Part shown: positions 1 to 10,371 of the stretch, piece after piece
Numbering within the stretch: position 1 is the first letter of the stretch
How the letters are laid out: each line of letters begins with the position of its first letter
Origin: Octopus bimaculoides
Taxonomy: Eukaryota
Assembly: GCF_001194135.2 (NCBI RefSeq)
Contig: NC_068991.1
Span: 45,270,158-45,310,819 of the forward strand
Length of the DNA stretch: 40,662 nucleotides
Direction: 5' to 3'
Notes under the pieces: model-generated
Told to the model about the DNA's origin: nothing
Databases searched by the model: none
Seen by the model: only the letters and a program-made list of their open reading frames with translations
Program-made: the position numbers and the translations under genes

Positions 1-50
1 TGTGTGTGTGTGTGTGTGTGTATGTGTGTGTGCGTGTGTGTGTGTGCGTG
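1..50. repeat. (TG)n microsatellite
   Basis: Near-perfect TG dinucleotide run at the window start. Confidence 0.95.
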
Positions 51-1008
51 TTACTTTTTGCTATGTAAGAATATGAATTTTATTACGTTGCTATGTTGTC
101 AAGTGTTCCCGATGCAATACTAAATAGCTTCTGTATATTTACTAAGACTGCTGTTTAAAATGGCAACCATATCTCCAAAAAATAATTAATTCCCTGCCAC
201 CTTTCAGGAAAAAAAGGGTCTCGTGTTTAAAGTATCTGTTCAGCAAGGACAACATGACCTCACCCCATAATAAAGCCGAAGTAGTCACGTCTAACAGCAC
301 CGATCGAATGTTTCCCTTCGATCGTTTCATTATGCATTTCATGACATAATTCTGTCCAGGCGGAGTTCACTGGAATAGAGATGGTNNNNNNNNNNNNNNN
401 NNNNNNNNNNNNNNNNNNNNNNNNNNNNNNNNNNNNNNNNNNNNNNNNNNNNNNNNNNNNNNNNNNNNNNNNNNNNNNNNNNNNNNNNNNNNNNNNNNNN
501 NNNNNNNNNNNNNNNNNNNNNNNNNNNNNNNNNNNNNNNNNNNNNNNNNNNNNNNNNNNNNNNNNNNNNNNNNNNNNNNNNNNNNNNNNNNNNNNNNNNN
601 NNNNNNNNNNNNNNNNNNNNNNNNNNNNNNNNNNNNNNNNNNNNNNNNNNNNNNNNNNNNNNNNNNNNNNNNNNNNNNNNNNNNNNNNNNNNNNNNNNNN
701 NNNNNNNNNNNNNNNNNNNNNNNNNNNNNNNNNNNNNNNNNNNNNNNNNNNNNNNNNNNNNNNNNNNNNNNNNNNNNNNNNNNNNNNNNNNNNNNNNNNN
801 NNNNNNNNNNNNNNNNNNNNNNNNNNNNNNNNNNNNNNNNNNNNNNNNNNNNNNNNNNNNNNNNNNNNNNNNNNNNNNNNNNNNNNNNNNNNNNNNNNNN
901 NNNNNNNNNNNNNNNNNNNNNNNNNNNNNNNNNNNNNNNNNNNNNNNNNNNNNNNNNNNNNNNNNNNNNNNNNNNNNNNNNNNNNNNNNNNNNNNNNNNN
1001 NNNNNNNN

Positions 1009-1341
1009 CACCGTAACTACCGCTACGATCTTCATTATATGTGTACCGCCACCATCACTACTGTCACCACCCCTGTCGCCACCGTCATTATTATCAGCGA
1101 TATATCATCATTATCACCATTCCCATCATTATCACCACAACTAACATCATCATAATCATCCTCCTCATCATAAAAAATAAAACTCGTCACCCGCTCCACC
1201 GCCTTTAACACCACAGTCACCACCATTGCCATCATCATCATCATCATCATCATCAACATTAGCAGCAGCAACAACAGTAACAGCAGTGCCATCATCATCA
1301 TCATCATCATCTTTCGTCATCGTCTTTCATCTTCATCCTCT

Positions 1342-1380
<39 letters not shown>

Positions 1381-1415
1381 GCCACTACCACAAGTAACAG
1401 CAACAACGACATTAA

Positions 1416-1448
<33 letters not shown>

Positions 1449-1449
1449 A
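1009..1449. repeat. Compound trinucleotide microsatellite (CAT/CAC/AAC)
   Basis: Degenerate CAC/CAT repeats, pure (CAT)n at ~1341-1380 and (AAC)n at ~1417-1447. These explain the poly-M/S/T ORFs. Confidence 0.9.
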
Positions 1450-1739
1450 GTCATAAAGAAAAATATATAAACCGAAATTTTTATTGATCGATACCAAGAG
1501 ACATGGCTTTGATCCAGAATCCGTCCACGTGCATACAGAAACGAAAACGAAAAGGCCAAGAAAAACAAAGAAAGACAAAACAACAAATGCGATCATGTGA
1601 TGGAGACCGTCAAAACGGCTTCGTATCCTCCATTTTTATCTCCACCTCCTCGCCCCTCCTTTCCTCTTGCACTCTCGCACACGCCCTCTATCGCTCTCAC
1701 ACGCTGCCTCTCTTTCTCTCCTCATTTTTTTCCTACACA

Positions 1740-2178
1740 CCGTATGTATTATGTATATATATTTATCGATTTATATACTTGTGTGTGTGTATTTATCGAT
1801 ATGTATTGATACACACACATAGCTCGATAATGATGTACATATATATATATATGTGTGCGTATGTGTGTGTGTGTGCGTATCCGTATGTATGTATGTACAA
1901 GTGTGTGTGTGTATGTGTGTATGTATGTATGTATGTATGTATGTACGGTTATATACCACACCGTAATTTCTAAGATAGCGATGGAAACAAACACAATTAA
2001 TTATTTACAACTTTCTCTGACGGAAATGCCAAATAGTCACAGATGACACTTTACATAGATATAAGTACATATATGTATGTGCTTGTGACTGTGTGTGTAT
2101 GTGTGTGTGAGTGTACGTGTGTGTATGTGTGCGCGCTTGTATGCATATATGTATGTATATATATAACTATGTATGTAT

Positions 2179-2222
<44 letters not shown>
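1740..2222. repeat. Compound (TA)/(TG)/(TATG) microsatellite region
   Basis: Alternating TA, TG and TATG runs ending in (TA)n at the gap. Interrupted by a ~120-bp non-satellite insert at 1945-2065. Confidence 0.9.
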
Positions 2223-2733
2223 NNNNNNNNNNNNNNNNNNNNNNNNNNNNNNNNNNNNNNNNNNNNNNNNNNNNNNNNNNNNNNNNNNNNNNNNNNNNNN
2301 NNNNNNNNNNNNNNNNNNNNNNNNNNNNNNNNNNNNNNNNNNNNNNNNNNNNNNNNNNNNNNNNNNNNNNNNNNNNNNNNNNNNNNNNNNNNNNNNNNNN
2401 NNNNNNNNNNNNNNNNNNNNNNNNNNNNNNNNNNNNNNNNNNNNNNNNNNNNNNNNNNNNNNNNNNNNNNNNNNNNNNNNNNNNNNNNNNNNNNNNNNNN
2501 NNNNNNNNNNNNNNNNNNNNNNNNNNNNNNNNNNNNNNNNNNNNNNNNNNNNNNNNNNNNNNNNNNNNNNNNNNNNNNNNNNNNNNNNNNNNNNNNNNNN
2601 NNNNNNNNNNNNNNNNNNNNNNNNNNNNNNNNNNNNNNNNNNNNNNNNNNNNNNNNNNNNNNNNNNNNNNNNNNNNNNNNNNNNNNNNNNNNNNNNNNNN
2701 NNNNNNNCACACATATGCATACGCTTTGATATA

Positions 2734-3117
2734 TTGTTGTTGGTACTCCATCGCTTACGACGTCGAGGGTTCCAGTTGATCCGATCAACGGAACAGCCTG
2801 CTCGTGAAATTAACGTGCAAATGGCTGAGCACTCCACAGACACGTGTACCCTTAACGTAGTTCTCGGGGATATTCAGCGTGACACAGTGTGACAAGGCTG
2901 ACCCTTTGAATTACAGGCACAACAGAAACAGGAAGTAAGAGTGAGAGAAAGTTGTGGTGAAAGAGTACAGCAGGGTTTGCCACCAACCCCTGCCGGAGCC
3001 TCGTGGAGATTTAGGTGTTTTAGCTCAATAAACTCTCACAACTCCCGGTCTGGGAATCGAAACCGCGATCCTATGACCGCGAGTCCACTGCCCTAACCAC
3101 TGGGCCATTGCGCCTCC
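2734..3117 (-). mobile_element. Full-length tRNA-derived SINE, family A (~385 bp, octopus OR-type, (AAC)n tail)
   Basis: Minus strand starts GGAGGCGCAATGGCCCAGTGGTTAGGGC (A box) with GGTTTCGATTCC (B box) and ends GTACCAACAACAA. Flanked by a 13-bp TSD, ACG(C/T)TTTGATATA, at 2721-2733 and 3118-3130. Closely similar to 30275-30652. Confidence 0.9.
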
Positions 3118-3599
3118 ACGTTTTGATATAAAGTATAATACAAAGCTCTTATTTCAGCACAGTTCCCTTAGTTTCGTCATTATTATTAAATGCATAACAC
3201 ATATAAATGCTGAAGAATGGAATATTCCATACATAGAGGGTTCAATCGCCGAATAGACACGCACTTAACTTATTTATTTTTGTTTTATTTTGATCCTAAA
3301 TGAGATCCATCTCAATAAACTCCACCCGAAACCTGACATAAAAGCTAAAATCTTCACTCCCATTCACGCAAATTGTGCATGTCAAAGACAACGAGAAGCC
3401 TCCATTATTCTTCATGATTTCTGTTTTGCAAATCTAAACAAGACATTTTTCAATGGTTTTTGATAATCTGTTCCTGTACACAATCTAATTAATGATCTAA
3501 CAAGGATCTTCAGGCTACCTCAAGCATCCCTTCCGTGCGTCCATGTGTGACTCAACGTACTCAAGACATTCATAAAAAAACGTGCTATTATCGAATCAT

Positions 3600-4475
3600 A
3601 TATAATGATGGAAGACTTCAACTTCTCTTATGAGGATTGGCTCGCAAATACTTTGAAACCAAACGATTTCAAACCCAAAGGAAGCAGCAATGGGGACATT
3701 TCCCGCAAGTGTTCTGGGGGAATGCGAACACCAATTTACATTTTCGATAGGAGATCTCTAAAGAGATTCGCGTATACACCAACACATTTTCTATTCCAAT
3801 TGGTCAAATCCATTTTCAAGCAGGGTAGAAAAAAATTGCAGTAAACTAAAGACGTTTTTCACATTCCATAGTTTTATGTCTTGAAGTTGTTTGAGAAGTG
3901 GTGAGATTTAGAATAACATACTTTCCTGGAGAGCAACAATTTCTTGAAAACCAGTAGAGCTTTCGATGTAGCAGAGATTACTGTTTCTGTCTAGCATTAA
4001 TAACATTTTGGGAAGAGGTACTTTCAACAATTATCAATTTCTTTAGAACAGAATGTTAGTCTTAGAAACTGTTAATTCATCAAAGTTTCATAAAACTCCA
4101 ATCTCTTGATTGAATATTGAATTATCAACATTCATCATTTGTATATCAAACATCAATAATTACTTCTTACATTGTACAACAATAACAACCTCAACATAGT
4201 TAACTTACCAACTTCTATTAATGCAGAAAACTTTCTAAAAATTTCAATGATTACTCCATCAAGCTGTTAGCGTCAATGATCTAACATTGGAATTCGTGGA
4301 AAATAACTGCACTGGATTGCATTCCCAAGTAGGCAACTGAAACGCAGGAAAAATCATTAGCATTGCTCCCCAAGGTACTGTGTTGGGCCCACTTCTTTTA
4401 ATAGCTTAAATAAATGACATCGCAAATGTCATAAAAATACAGCAAAATAAAAATGCTCAGAGACGACTCGCCTTC
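3600..4475 (+). mobile_element. Decayed CR1/L2-group LINE ORF2 remnant (endonuclease and RT motifs)
   Basis: Motifs appear in the expected order through stops and frameshifts: MMEDFNFSYEDW (cf. GDFNxPxIDW), FLESNN..NQ*SFRCSR (cf. NQHGFR), GIRGK*LHWIA, PQGTVLGPLL (4368-4397), INDI, KMLRDDS (cf. FADD). Confidence 0.8.
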
Positions 4476-5510
4476 AGAAAACTATCAATGGAGCTGGTTA
4501 AAATTTCAGTCTCACCTACACACCGTAATTTCATAGGAGAAGAAAAACAATCTGAGACTGAACAAGAAAATATTAGAGTTCATCCACTGTGGAAAAGAGG
4601 ATGCGCTTAACCGAACATATTCTCTTTCCTCAGGAGACCTTTCACATGGCGATTAAAGTCTGATTCACACACACACACACACACNNNNNNNNNNNNNNNN
4701 NNNNNNNNNNNNNNNNNNNNNNNNNNNNNNNNNNNNNNNNNNNNNNNNNNNNNNNNNNNNNNNNNNNNNNNNNNNNNNNNNNNNNNNNNNNNNNNNNNNN
4801 NNNNNNNNNNNNNNNNNNNNNNNNNNNNNNNNNNNNNNNNNNNNNNNNNNNNNNNNNNNNNNNNNNNNNNNNNNNNNNNNNNNNNNNNNNNNNNNNNNNN
4901 NNNNNNNNNNNNNNNNNNNNNNNNNNNNNNNNNNNNNNNNNNNNNNNNNNNNNNNNNNNNNNNNNNNNNNNNNNNNNNNNNNNNNNNNNNNNNNNNNNNN
5001 NNNNNNNNNNNNNNNNNNNNNNNNNNNNNNNNNNNNNNNNNNNNNNNNNNNNNNNNNNNNNNNNNNNNNNNNNNNNNNNNNNNNNNNNNNNNNNNNNNNN
5101 NNNNNNNNNNNNNNNNNNNNNNNNNNNNNNNNNNNNNNNNNNNNNNNNNNNNNNNNNNNNNNNNNNNNNNNNNNNNNNNNNNNNNNNNNNNNNNNNNNNN
5201 NNNNNNNNNNNNNNNNNNNNNNNNNNNNNNNNNNNNNNNNNNNNNNNNNNNNNNNNNNNNNNNNNNNNNNNNNNNNNNNNNNNNNNNNNNNNNNNNNNNN
5301 NNNNNNNNNNNNNNNNNNNNNNNNNNNNNNNNNNNNNNNNNNNNNNNNNNNNNNNNNNNNNNNNNNNNNNNNNNNNNNNNNNNNNNNNNNNNNNNNNNNN
5401 NNNNNNNNNNNNNNNNNNNNNNNNNNNNNNNNNNNNNNNNNNNNNNNNTGTGTACATACATACACACATGTCTCTCTATATATAAGCATTTTTATATATA
5501 TTTATCTATA

Positions 5511-5995
5511 TCAGGTCATTAAGAATGAAATGTCCGATTTTCTTATGCATCAAGTTTGACAGTCGTTAACTCAAATGTTTTATCCTGGCAATTCTTTGTT
5601 TTACGACATTGAAGAGTTACATCATCACTTTTTGAAATGCAATTTATGGTGTCTGATTATATTGTGAGTTTTCTCTTGTAAATCAATATTTGTGAACCCA
5701 TGAAGAGAAACAAAATTGTGTTGTTTATGAATATGAGTTCTGTCGTGGAACCAATGTCAGCCCAAAACATCAAAAAAAAAACTTCAAATCTGAAGAAGAT
5801 GCAAAAACAGTCTTTCATGATTTCATCACCTCTTCCTCTCCAGAATTCTTCGCTGCCGACATAAATAAGCTACCGATAAAATGGCAAAGTTGTGTTGATA
5901 ATTTAGGAGCATACTTTGATTAACGGCATCGGTTTTCGCTGAGATAAAGATAAACTTTCAGTTCAAAATCGGATATTTCATTCTTAATAACCTGA
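5511..5995 (+). mobile_element. Internally deleted mariner (Hsmar1/cecropia-like) MITE, 485 bp
   Basis: 31-bp TIRs at 5511-5541 and 5965-5995 (29/31 identical) with TA on both sides. Retains a transposase N-terminus (VYEYEFCRGTN) joined to a C-terminus (FKSEEDAKTVFHDFITSSSPEFFAADINKLPIKWQSCVDNLGAYFD*). Confidence 0.9.
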
Positions 5996-6432
5996 TACAC
6001 ACACACACACACACACACACGTTGTGCGTGTGTGTGTGTGTCAAGCAAAGCCACTATTTCACGTGACTCACTAAGTGATAGCAACAACTATTGCAAATGA
6101 CCAGTACACAGAAACTGGAACAGATAGCACATGTTCCTTCAAGCTGCAGTCTTAGTTTATCTTGAAAATATAGGACAGGAAACTAAATAGGTTAATTCTG
6201 CGTGCAAAATGACCAGAATTATTCAATTTTGTTAATATCAATGCATTTGATATGTATTTATGTATTTGGTCCTAAATGAAATTCTTGAAATTCATGAGTT
6301 TGTTGTAAATATGCTCTCCTGAGAACGTGAAGCGCCTAAAACAATTCATTAAAAAGCTTCTGCTCACGATATAGGGTTCATTCCCCTATGCCCTGGGGCC
6401 GCAACTGTGCTAAAAGGTTTATACTACATGTG

Positions 6433-6433
<1 letters not shown>

Positions 6434-6467
<34 letters not shown>

Positions 6468-6545
6468 GTCTGTCTGTCTGTCTGTCTGTCCGTCCGTCTG
6501 TCTGTCTATGTATCTGTGTGTTTATCTATCTATCTATCTATCTAT
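6434..6545. repeat. (TCTA)n/(TCTG)n compound tetranucleotide microsatellite
   Basis: Direct reading of the sequence. Confidence 0.95.
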
Positions 6546-6551
6546 TTTATA

Positions 6552-6742
6552 TTTTACTTGTTTCAGACATTGTTAGAGTGGCCATGCTGGAGCATCGCTT
6601 TGAAGGGACTTAGTCTAATAAATCGACCCCAACTTTTTTTTAGCCTAGTACTTATCCTATAGTTTCTTTTGCTGAACTGCTAGGCAACGTAAACACACCA
6701 ACACCGATTGTCAAGCGGTGATCGGGGACAAACGCAAACACG

Positions 6743-6745
<3 letters not shown>
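6552..6745 (-). mobile_element. tRNA-derived SINE, family C (tail ...CCAGCATGGCC...CTGAAACAAGTAAAA), partial
   Basis: Minus strand contains GGGGTCGATTT...GCTCCAGCATGGCCAC...TCTGAAACAAGTAAAA. The same tail occurs on + at ~7416-7465 (GGTGCACCAGCATGACCGCAGCCACTTGGCTGAAACA). Confidence 0.65.
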
Positions 6746-6775
<30 letters not shown>

Positions 6776-6975
6776 NNNNNNNNNNNNNNNNNNNNNNNNN
6801 NNNNNNNNNNNNNNNNNNNNNNNNNNNNNNNNNNNNNNNNNNNNNNNNNNNNNNNNNNNNNNNNNNNNNNNNNNNNNNNNNNNNNNNNNNNNNNNNNNNN
6901 NNNNNNNNNNNNNNNNNNNNNNNNNNNNNNNNNNNNNNNNNNNNNNNNNNNNNNNNNNNNNNNNNNNNNNNNNNN

Positions 6976-7062
6976 AATGGCACTTACCCAAGGTGCCACG
7001 CAGTGGGACTGACACCGGAACCATGTTGTTGGGAAGGAAGCGTCTTATCACACAACCATTCT
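6976..7062 (-). mobile_element. CORE-type tRNA SINE, 5' part (truncated by gap)
   Basis: Minus strand reads GGTTCCGGTGTCAGTCCCACTGCGTGGCACCTTGGGTAAGTG: a tRNA B-box region followed by the CCTTGGGCAAGT-like CORE motif. Same family as 37995-38105. Confidence 0.75.
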
Positions 7063-7302
7063 TGTATATATTTATAACATGCCATATATATATACATCAT
7101 GCCAAAGAAAACTAAGTATATCTAGTGGGATATCTTTTTTTACATCAAGCGCATGAAGTGACACAGCCTGCATTGACTGATGCAGCACAATAACAAGATG
7201 CACACTATCCTACCCCTAAAGGCCAGCTTCAGGATGGATGGAAACGATTGTTGTGCTGAATAAAGATTTGTACTAAATCCATCTTCCGTTTCCTTCACCA
7301 GT

Positions 7303-7334
<32 letters not shown>

Positions 7335-7477
7335 GGGATAAAAATCCAAATTTACAGGTAAATTCAAATTATTAAAAATTAAAATTAAATTCAGTTTCAC
7401 AGTATAATATATATATGTGGTGCACCAGCATGACCGCAGCCACTTGGCTGAAACACATAAATAAATAAATATATATA

Positions 7478-7627
7478 GTTTTAGGGAAAAGAACCAAGGT
7501 TCATGAATATAATACTGTGCAGTATTATATTATACTTATTTATTGTGCTTTTACTTATTAATTTTTCTATATGTGACAGTGGATTTTCATTGATGAGTTC
7601 ATGAACCTTGGTTCTTTTCCCTAAAAC
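7478..7627. mobile_element. 150-bp fold-back insertion in a (TA)n tract (Penelope-like inverted end, or MITE)
   Basis: Perfect 30-bp inverted repeat GTTTTAGGGAAAAGAACCAAGGTTCATGAA (7478-7507 / 7598-7627), extended by TA repeats on both sides. Internal 12-bp hairpin at 7506-7531. Confidence 0.7.

Positions 7628-7644
<17 letters not shown>

Positions 7645-7690
<46 letters not shown>
7645..7690. repeat. (TG)n microsatellite
   Basis: Pure TG run. Confidence 0.95.
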
Positions 7691-7692
<2 letters not shown>

Positions 7693-7693
<1 letters not shown>

Positions 7694-7889
7694 GAGAATT
7701 CACAAAAACAAAAACAAAAACAAAAAAACAAAAGACGAAGACAAGTGGTGTAGACAACAAGCAGATGTATTAGTTTAACGCTCGGGAAGTGAAAACGTCT
7801 TTAACGTTTCGAGCCTACGCTCTTCCACAGAAAGAATCACAGAAAGAAGCAAGGCGAGAAAATAAAGAATGTGTAGCTAGCGATCTATC
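7693..7889 (-). mobile_element. ~200-bp non-autonomous Penelope-like element between (TG)n and (GATA)n
   Basis: Carries a hammerhead-like fold with the GAAACGT signature typical of Penelope pseudo-LTRs. A second copy at 11641-11770 (opposite orientation) shares both ends, GGAGAATT... and ...AGCGATCTATC. Confidence 0.6.
7798..7835 (-). ncRNA. Minimal type-I hammerhead ribozyme-like motif with core variant (CUGUGGA)
   Basis: Minus strand: TCTTT-CTGTGGA-A-GAGC-GTAG-GCTC-GAAA-CG-TT-AAAGA. This gives a 5-bp stem I, a 4-bp stem II, GAAA and a palindromic ACGT stem III. Position 6 is U rather than the canonical A. Confidence 0.5.

Positions 7890-7890
<1 letters not shown>

Positions 7891-7947
<57 letters not shown>
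7891..7947. repeat. (GATA)n microsatellite
   Basis: Pure TAGA run. Confidence 0.95.
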
Positions 7948-8397
7948 GGCAGGGAGAAAATGCTTCGGTTGGAGGATTGAAAAGGTATGTCAACGGACTT
8001 CATAATGTAGCACTTGTTGCTTCTGTTAGCCAGCACAGCGGTGCATTATGCAAAAGAATATGCAAATCATTGGCCGGGTTCAAGAGTAATTTGAATGATT
8101 TTTTCTAGCAATGGATTTTGCTCGTATACGAGAAAGCAGTTACTATATATAGATGTATACCCACGTACGTACGTATGTCTGTGTGTATGTATGTATGTAT
8201 GTATGTATGTATGTATGTATGTATGTATGTATGAACGTATGTATGTATGCATTACGCTTATTTTCCCCTCTGTGAAACCATGGTTCAAATCAGGATTCAA
8301 TTCACAATTATGTAGAGTGTTTACTATATTGTCGAAGTGACAGTTCAGAAGGAAGCTAAGTTTATAAGTTCTAAAATTTCAGAAGAATTCGTTGTTG

Positions 8398-8560
8398 GAC
8401 AGTTTAGTTTAAAGGTTAAAACACTTGACGCGTAATCACAGAGGTGTGAATTCGAGTCTCATGGCTGGCCAGTAGCGTATTTTTCTGCAATAAATGGATA
8501 ATTTATCCTGATCACGCTATTTATCGCATTATCACGTGTTTGAAAAATAAATTTATTTCT
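8398..8560 (+). mobile_element. Degenerate tRNA-like SINE head (Thr-CGT-like) with AT-rich body
   Basis: A-box-like TAGTTTAAAGG, anticodon-arm-like TGACGCGTAATCA and B-box-like ATTCGAGTCTC. The cloverleaf is too mismatched for a functional tRNA. Confidence 0.45.
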
Positions 8561-8598
8561 TTTCTTACTAATTACATTTTTCATATTTGTCATTATAA

Positions 8599-8800
8599 AG
8601 ATGGTGAGCTGATAGAATCGTTAGCATACCGGACAAATTACTTAGCCTCATTTCCTCTGTCTTGTACGTTCTGAGATCAAATTCTGCCGAGGTCGGGTTT
8701 CCCTTTCATCCTTTCGGGGTGGGGGCCGATGGAATCGACTAACCCCGCCCCAAATCCCTTAAAATTTCACGTTTTATGCCCGTAGTAGGATGGATATTTG
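8599..8800 (+). mobile_element. tRNA SINE family B (~210 bp; central CCTTTCATCCTTTCGGGGTCGATAA domain, Meta/MESC-like)
   Basis: Head GGTGAGCTGATAGAATCGTTAGC, B box GATCAAATTC and CCCTTTCATCCTTTCGGGG. One of about 11 copies in the window. Confidence 0.8.
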
Positions 8801-8916
8801 TCATAAATACTCAATGGATATTTGTGGATTTTCATATATTTGAGCGCAATAGTAAAATGCTCTCCAAATTTCAAATTAGCTGTGGAAGTGCTTCGAGTTA
8901 TATACCCTAACTTACT

Positions 8917-8920
8917 CTGT

Positions 8921-8998
<78 letters not shown>
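8917..8998. repeat. (TG)n microsatellite
   Basis: Long TG run. Confidence 0.95.
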
Positions 8999-9000
<2 letters not shown>

Positions 9001-9385
9001 TTATGTGAAGTGATTGGGTCTCAGATATTGTTTATCCGTTGAGGAATACTCATACGCCAATTTTTATGAATCGAAGCCAGTAACGTGACCGAAAATTTTT
9101 TAGGTCAGCAGAAAATTGACATAAGTAAAGCTTTGTGAGAACATTCACCTTTACAACCACTAATTTCCGCCTGGTCTGCCACATTTTCGACAGCGTGACA
9201 TGCTTTGACCAATTAGTCTGGTGCCACTAGTGTCGCGAAGAAACACATTGAGAGACCCTGGCCAGTCACACGTGTATGAAACTCGGAGTAACAATGAAGG
9301 GTATCATCAATTGTTATTTTGTAATTATAAACCTTATGTCAATATACTGAGTTCTCCTTTCTTTTATTGGTACTTATAAACATAT

Positions 9386-9619
9386 GCCTGTAATTAAAAG
9401 GGTCAGCCTTGTCACACTGTGTCACGCTGAATATCCCCGAGAACTACGTTAAGGGTACACGTGTCTGTGGAGTGCTCAGCCACTTGCNNNNNNNNNNGGG
9501 TACACGTGTCTGTGGAGTGCTCAGCCACTTGCACGTTAATTTCACAAGCAGGCTGTTCCGTTGATTGGATCAACTGGAACCCACGACGTCGTAAGCGACG
9601 CAGTGCCAACAACAACAAC
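9386..9619 (+). mobile_element. 5'-truncated SINE family A copy
   Basis: Matches the 3' half of 30275-30652 and has an (AAC)n tail. 10-bp TSD ATAAACATAT at 9376-9385 and 9620-9629. The duplication around the 10 Ns is probably an assembly artefact. Confidence 0.85.
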
Positions 9620-10076
9620 ATAAACATATATTTATGTTAGTTTAAGTGTGTTATGTGTCTATATGTGTGCGAGTCTCTTTCCATTTGTGTGTGTGTGTGT
9701 GCGTGTGCGTGTATGTGTGAATGAAAATGTTTCCTGAACATCACGAATACATATTTTGTAAGGAGTTATTGATATGAATTCATTCTGTAGGAAAATTGTC
9801 TACAGTGAAGTAAAAAGTGTTTGGTTAAGAAGGTTGCTTGGCAAACACTTGATGCCAGGTTCGATTCCAAAATGTAAATGAAATAGGAGAGAAGACGAAT
9901 CAGAATGTATGTCATTACAATAGAATATAATTTTTATGCCACTATGTGTGTGTAAACTCAAAAAATGATCAACTGATACCAAATCTGAGATTTACAATTC
10001 CTGTAGTTTTAAACATTTTAAAAAATACACGTTATGCATATATACAAATATATAAATATGTACATACGTTACACAC

Positions 10077-10232
<156 letters not shown>

Positions 10233-10339
10233 CTTAGGAAGTTAAAAGTTATGGCCAGTCATAGTGACCATTAGTTTTGCACCTATAAAGCGCTTAGCTG
10301 TATAGGCGGCTTGTTAGACTCAAATGGTCGACGATACAT

Positions 10340-10371
<32 letters not shown>

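Noticed and set aside
3210-3235. CTGAAGA followed by the 14-bp palindrome ATGGAATATTCCAT (hammerhead core plus stem II)
   Set aside because: The required GAAA is absent (ACAT follows) and there is no stem I or III.
7210-7302. Penelope-end-like segment (..CCAGC-TTCAG-GATGG..GAAACGAT.., AATAAA) before (TA)n
   Set aside because: There is no CTGANGA core and stem II is mismatched. It is too degenerate to call.
7950-7992. Strong donor AAG|GTATGT with upstream CAG
   Set aside because: The upstream sequence is a purine-rich (GATA)n array with no polypyrimidine tract.
9010-9262. hAT-like end (minus strand CAGGGTCTCTCAATG at ~9248-9262); similar single end CAGTGCTTCACAACC at ~40506
   Set aside because: No matching second TIR or 8-bp TSD could be identified.
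9453-9532. 35-bp direct repeat flanking 10 Ns inside a SINE
   Set aside because: Identical sequence on both sides of a nominal 10-N gap is the signature of an unmerged contig overlap. The other family A copies have one unit.
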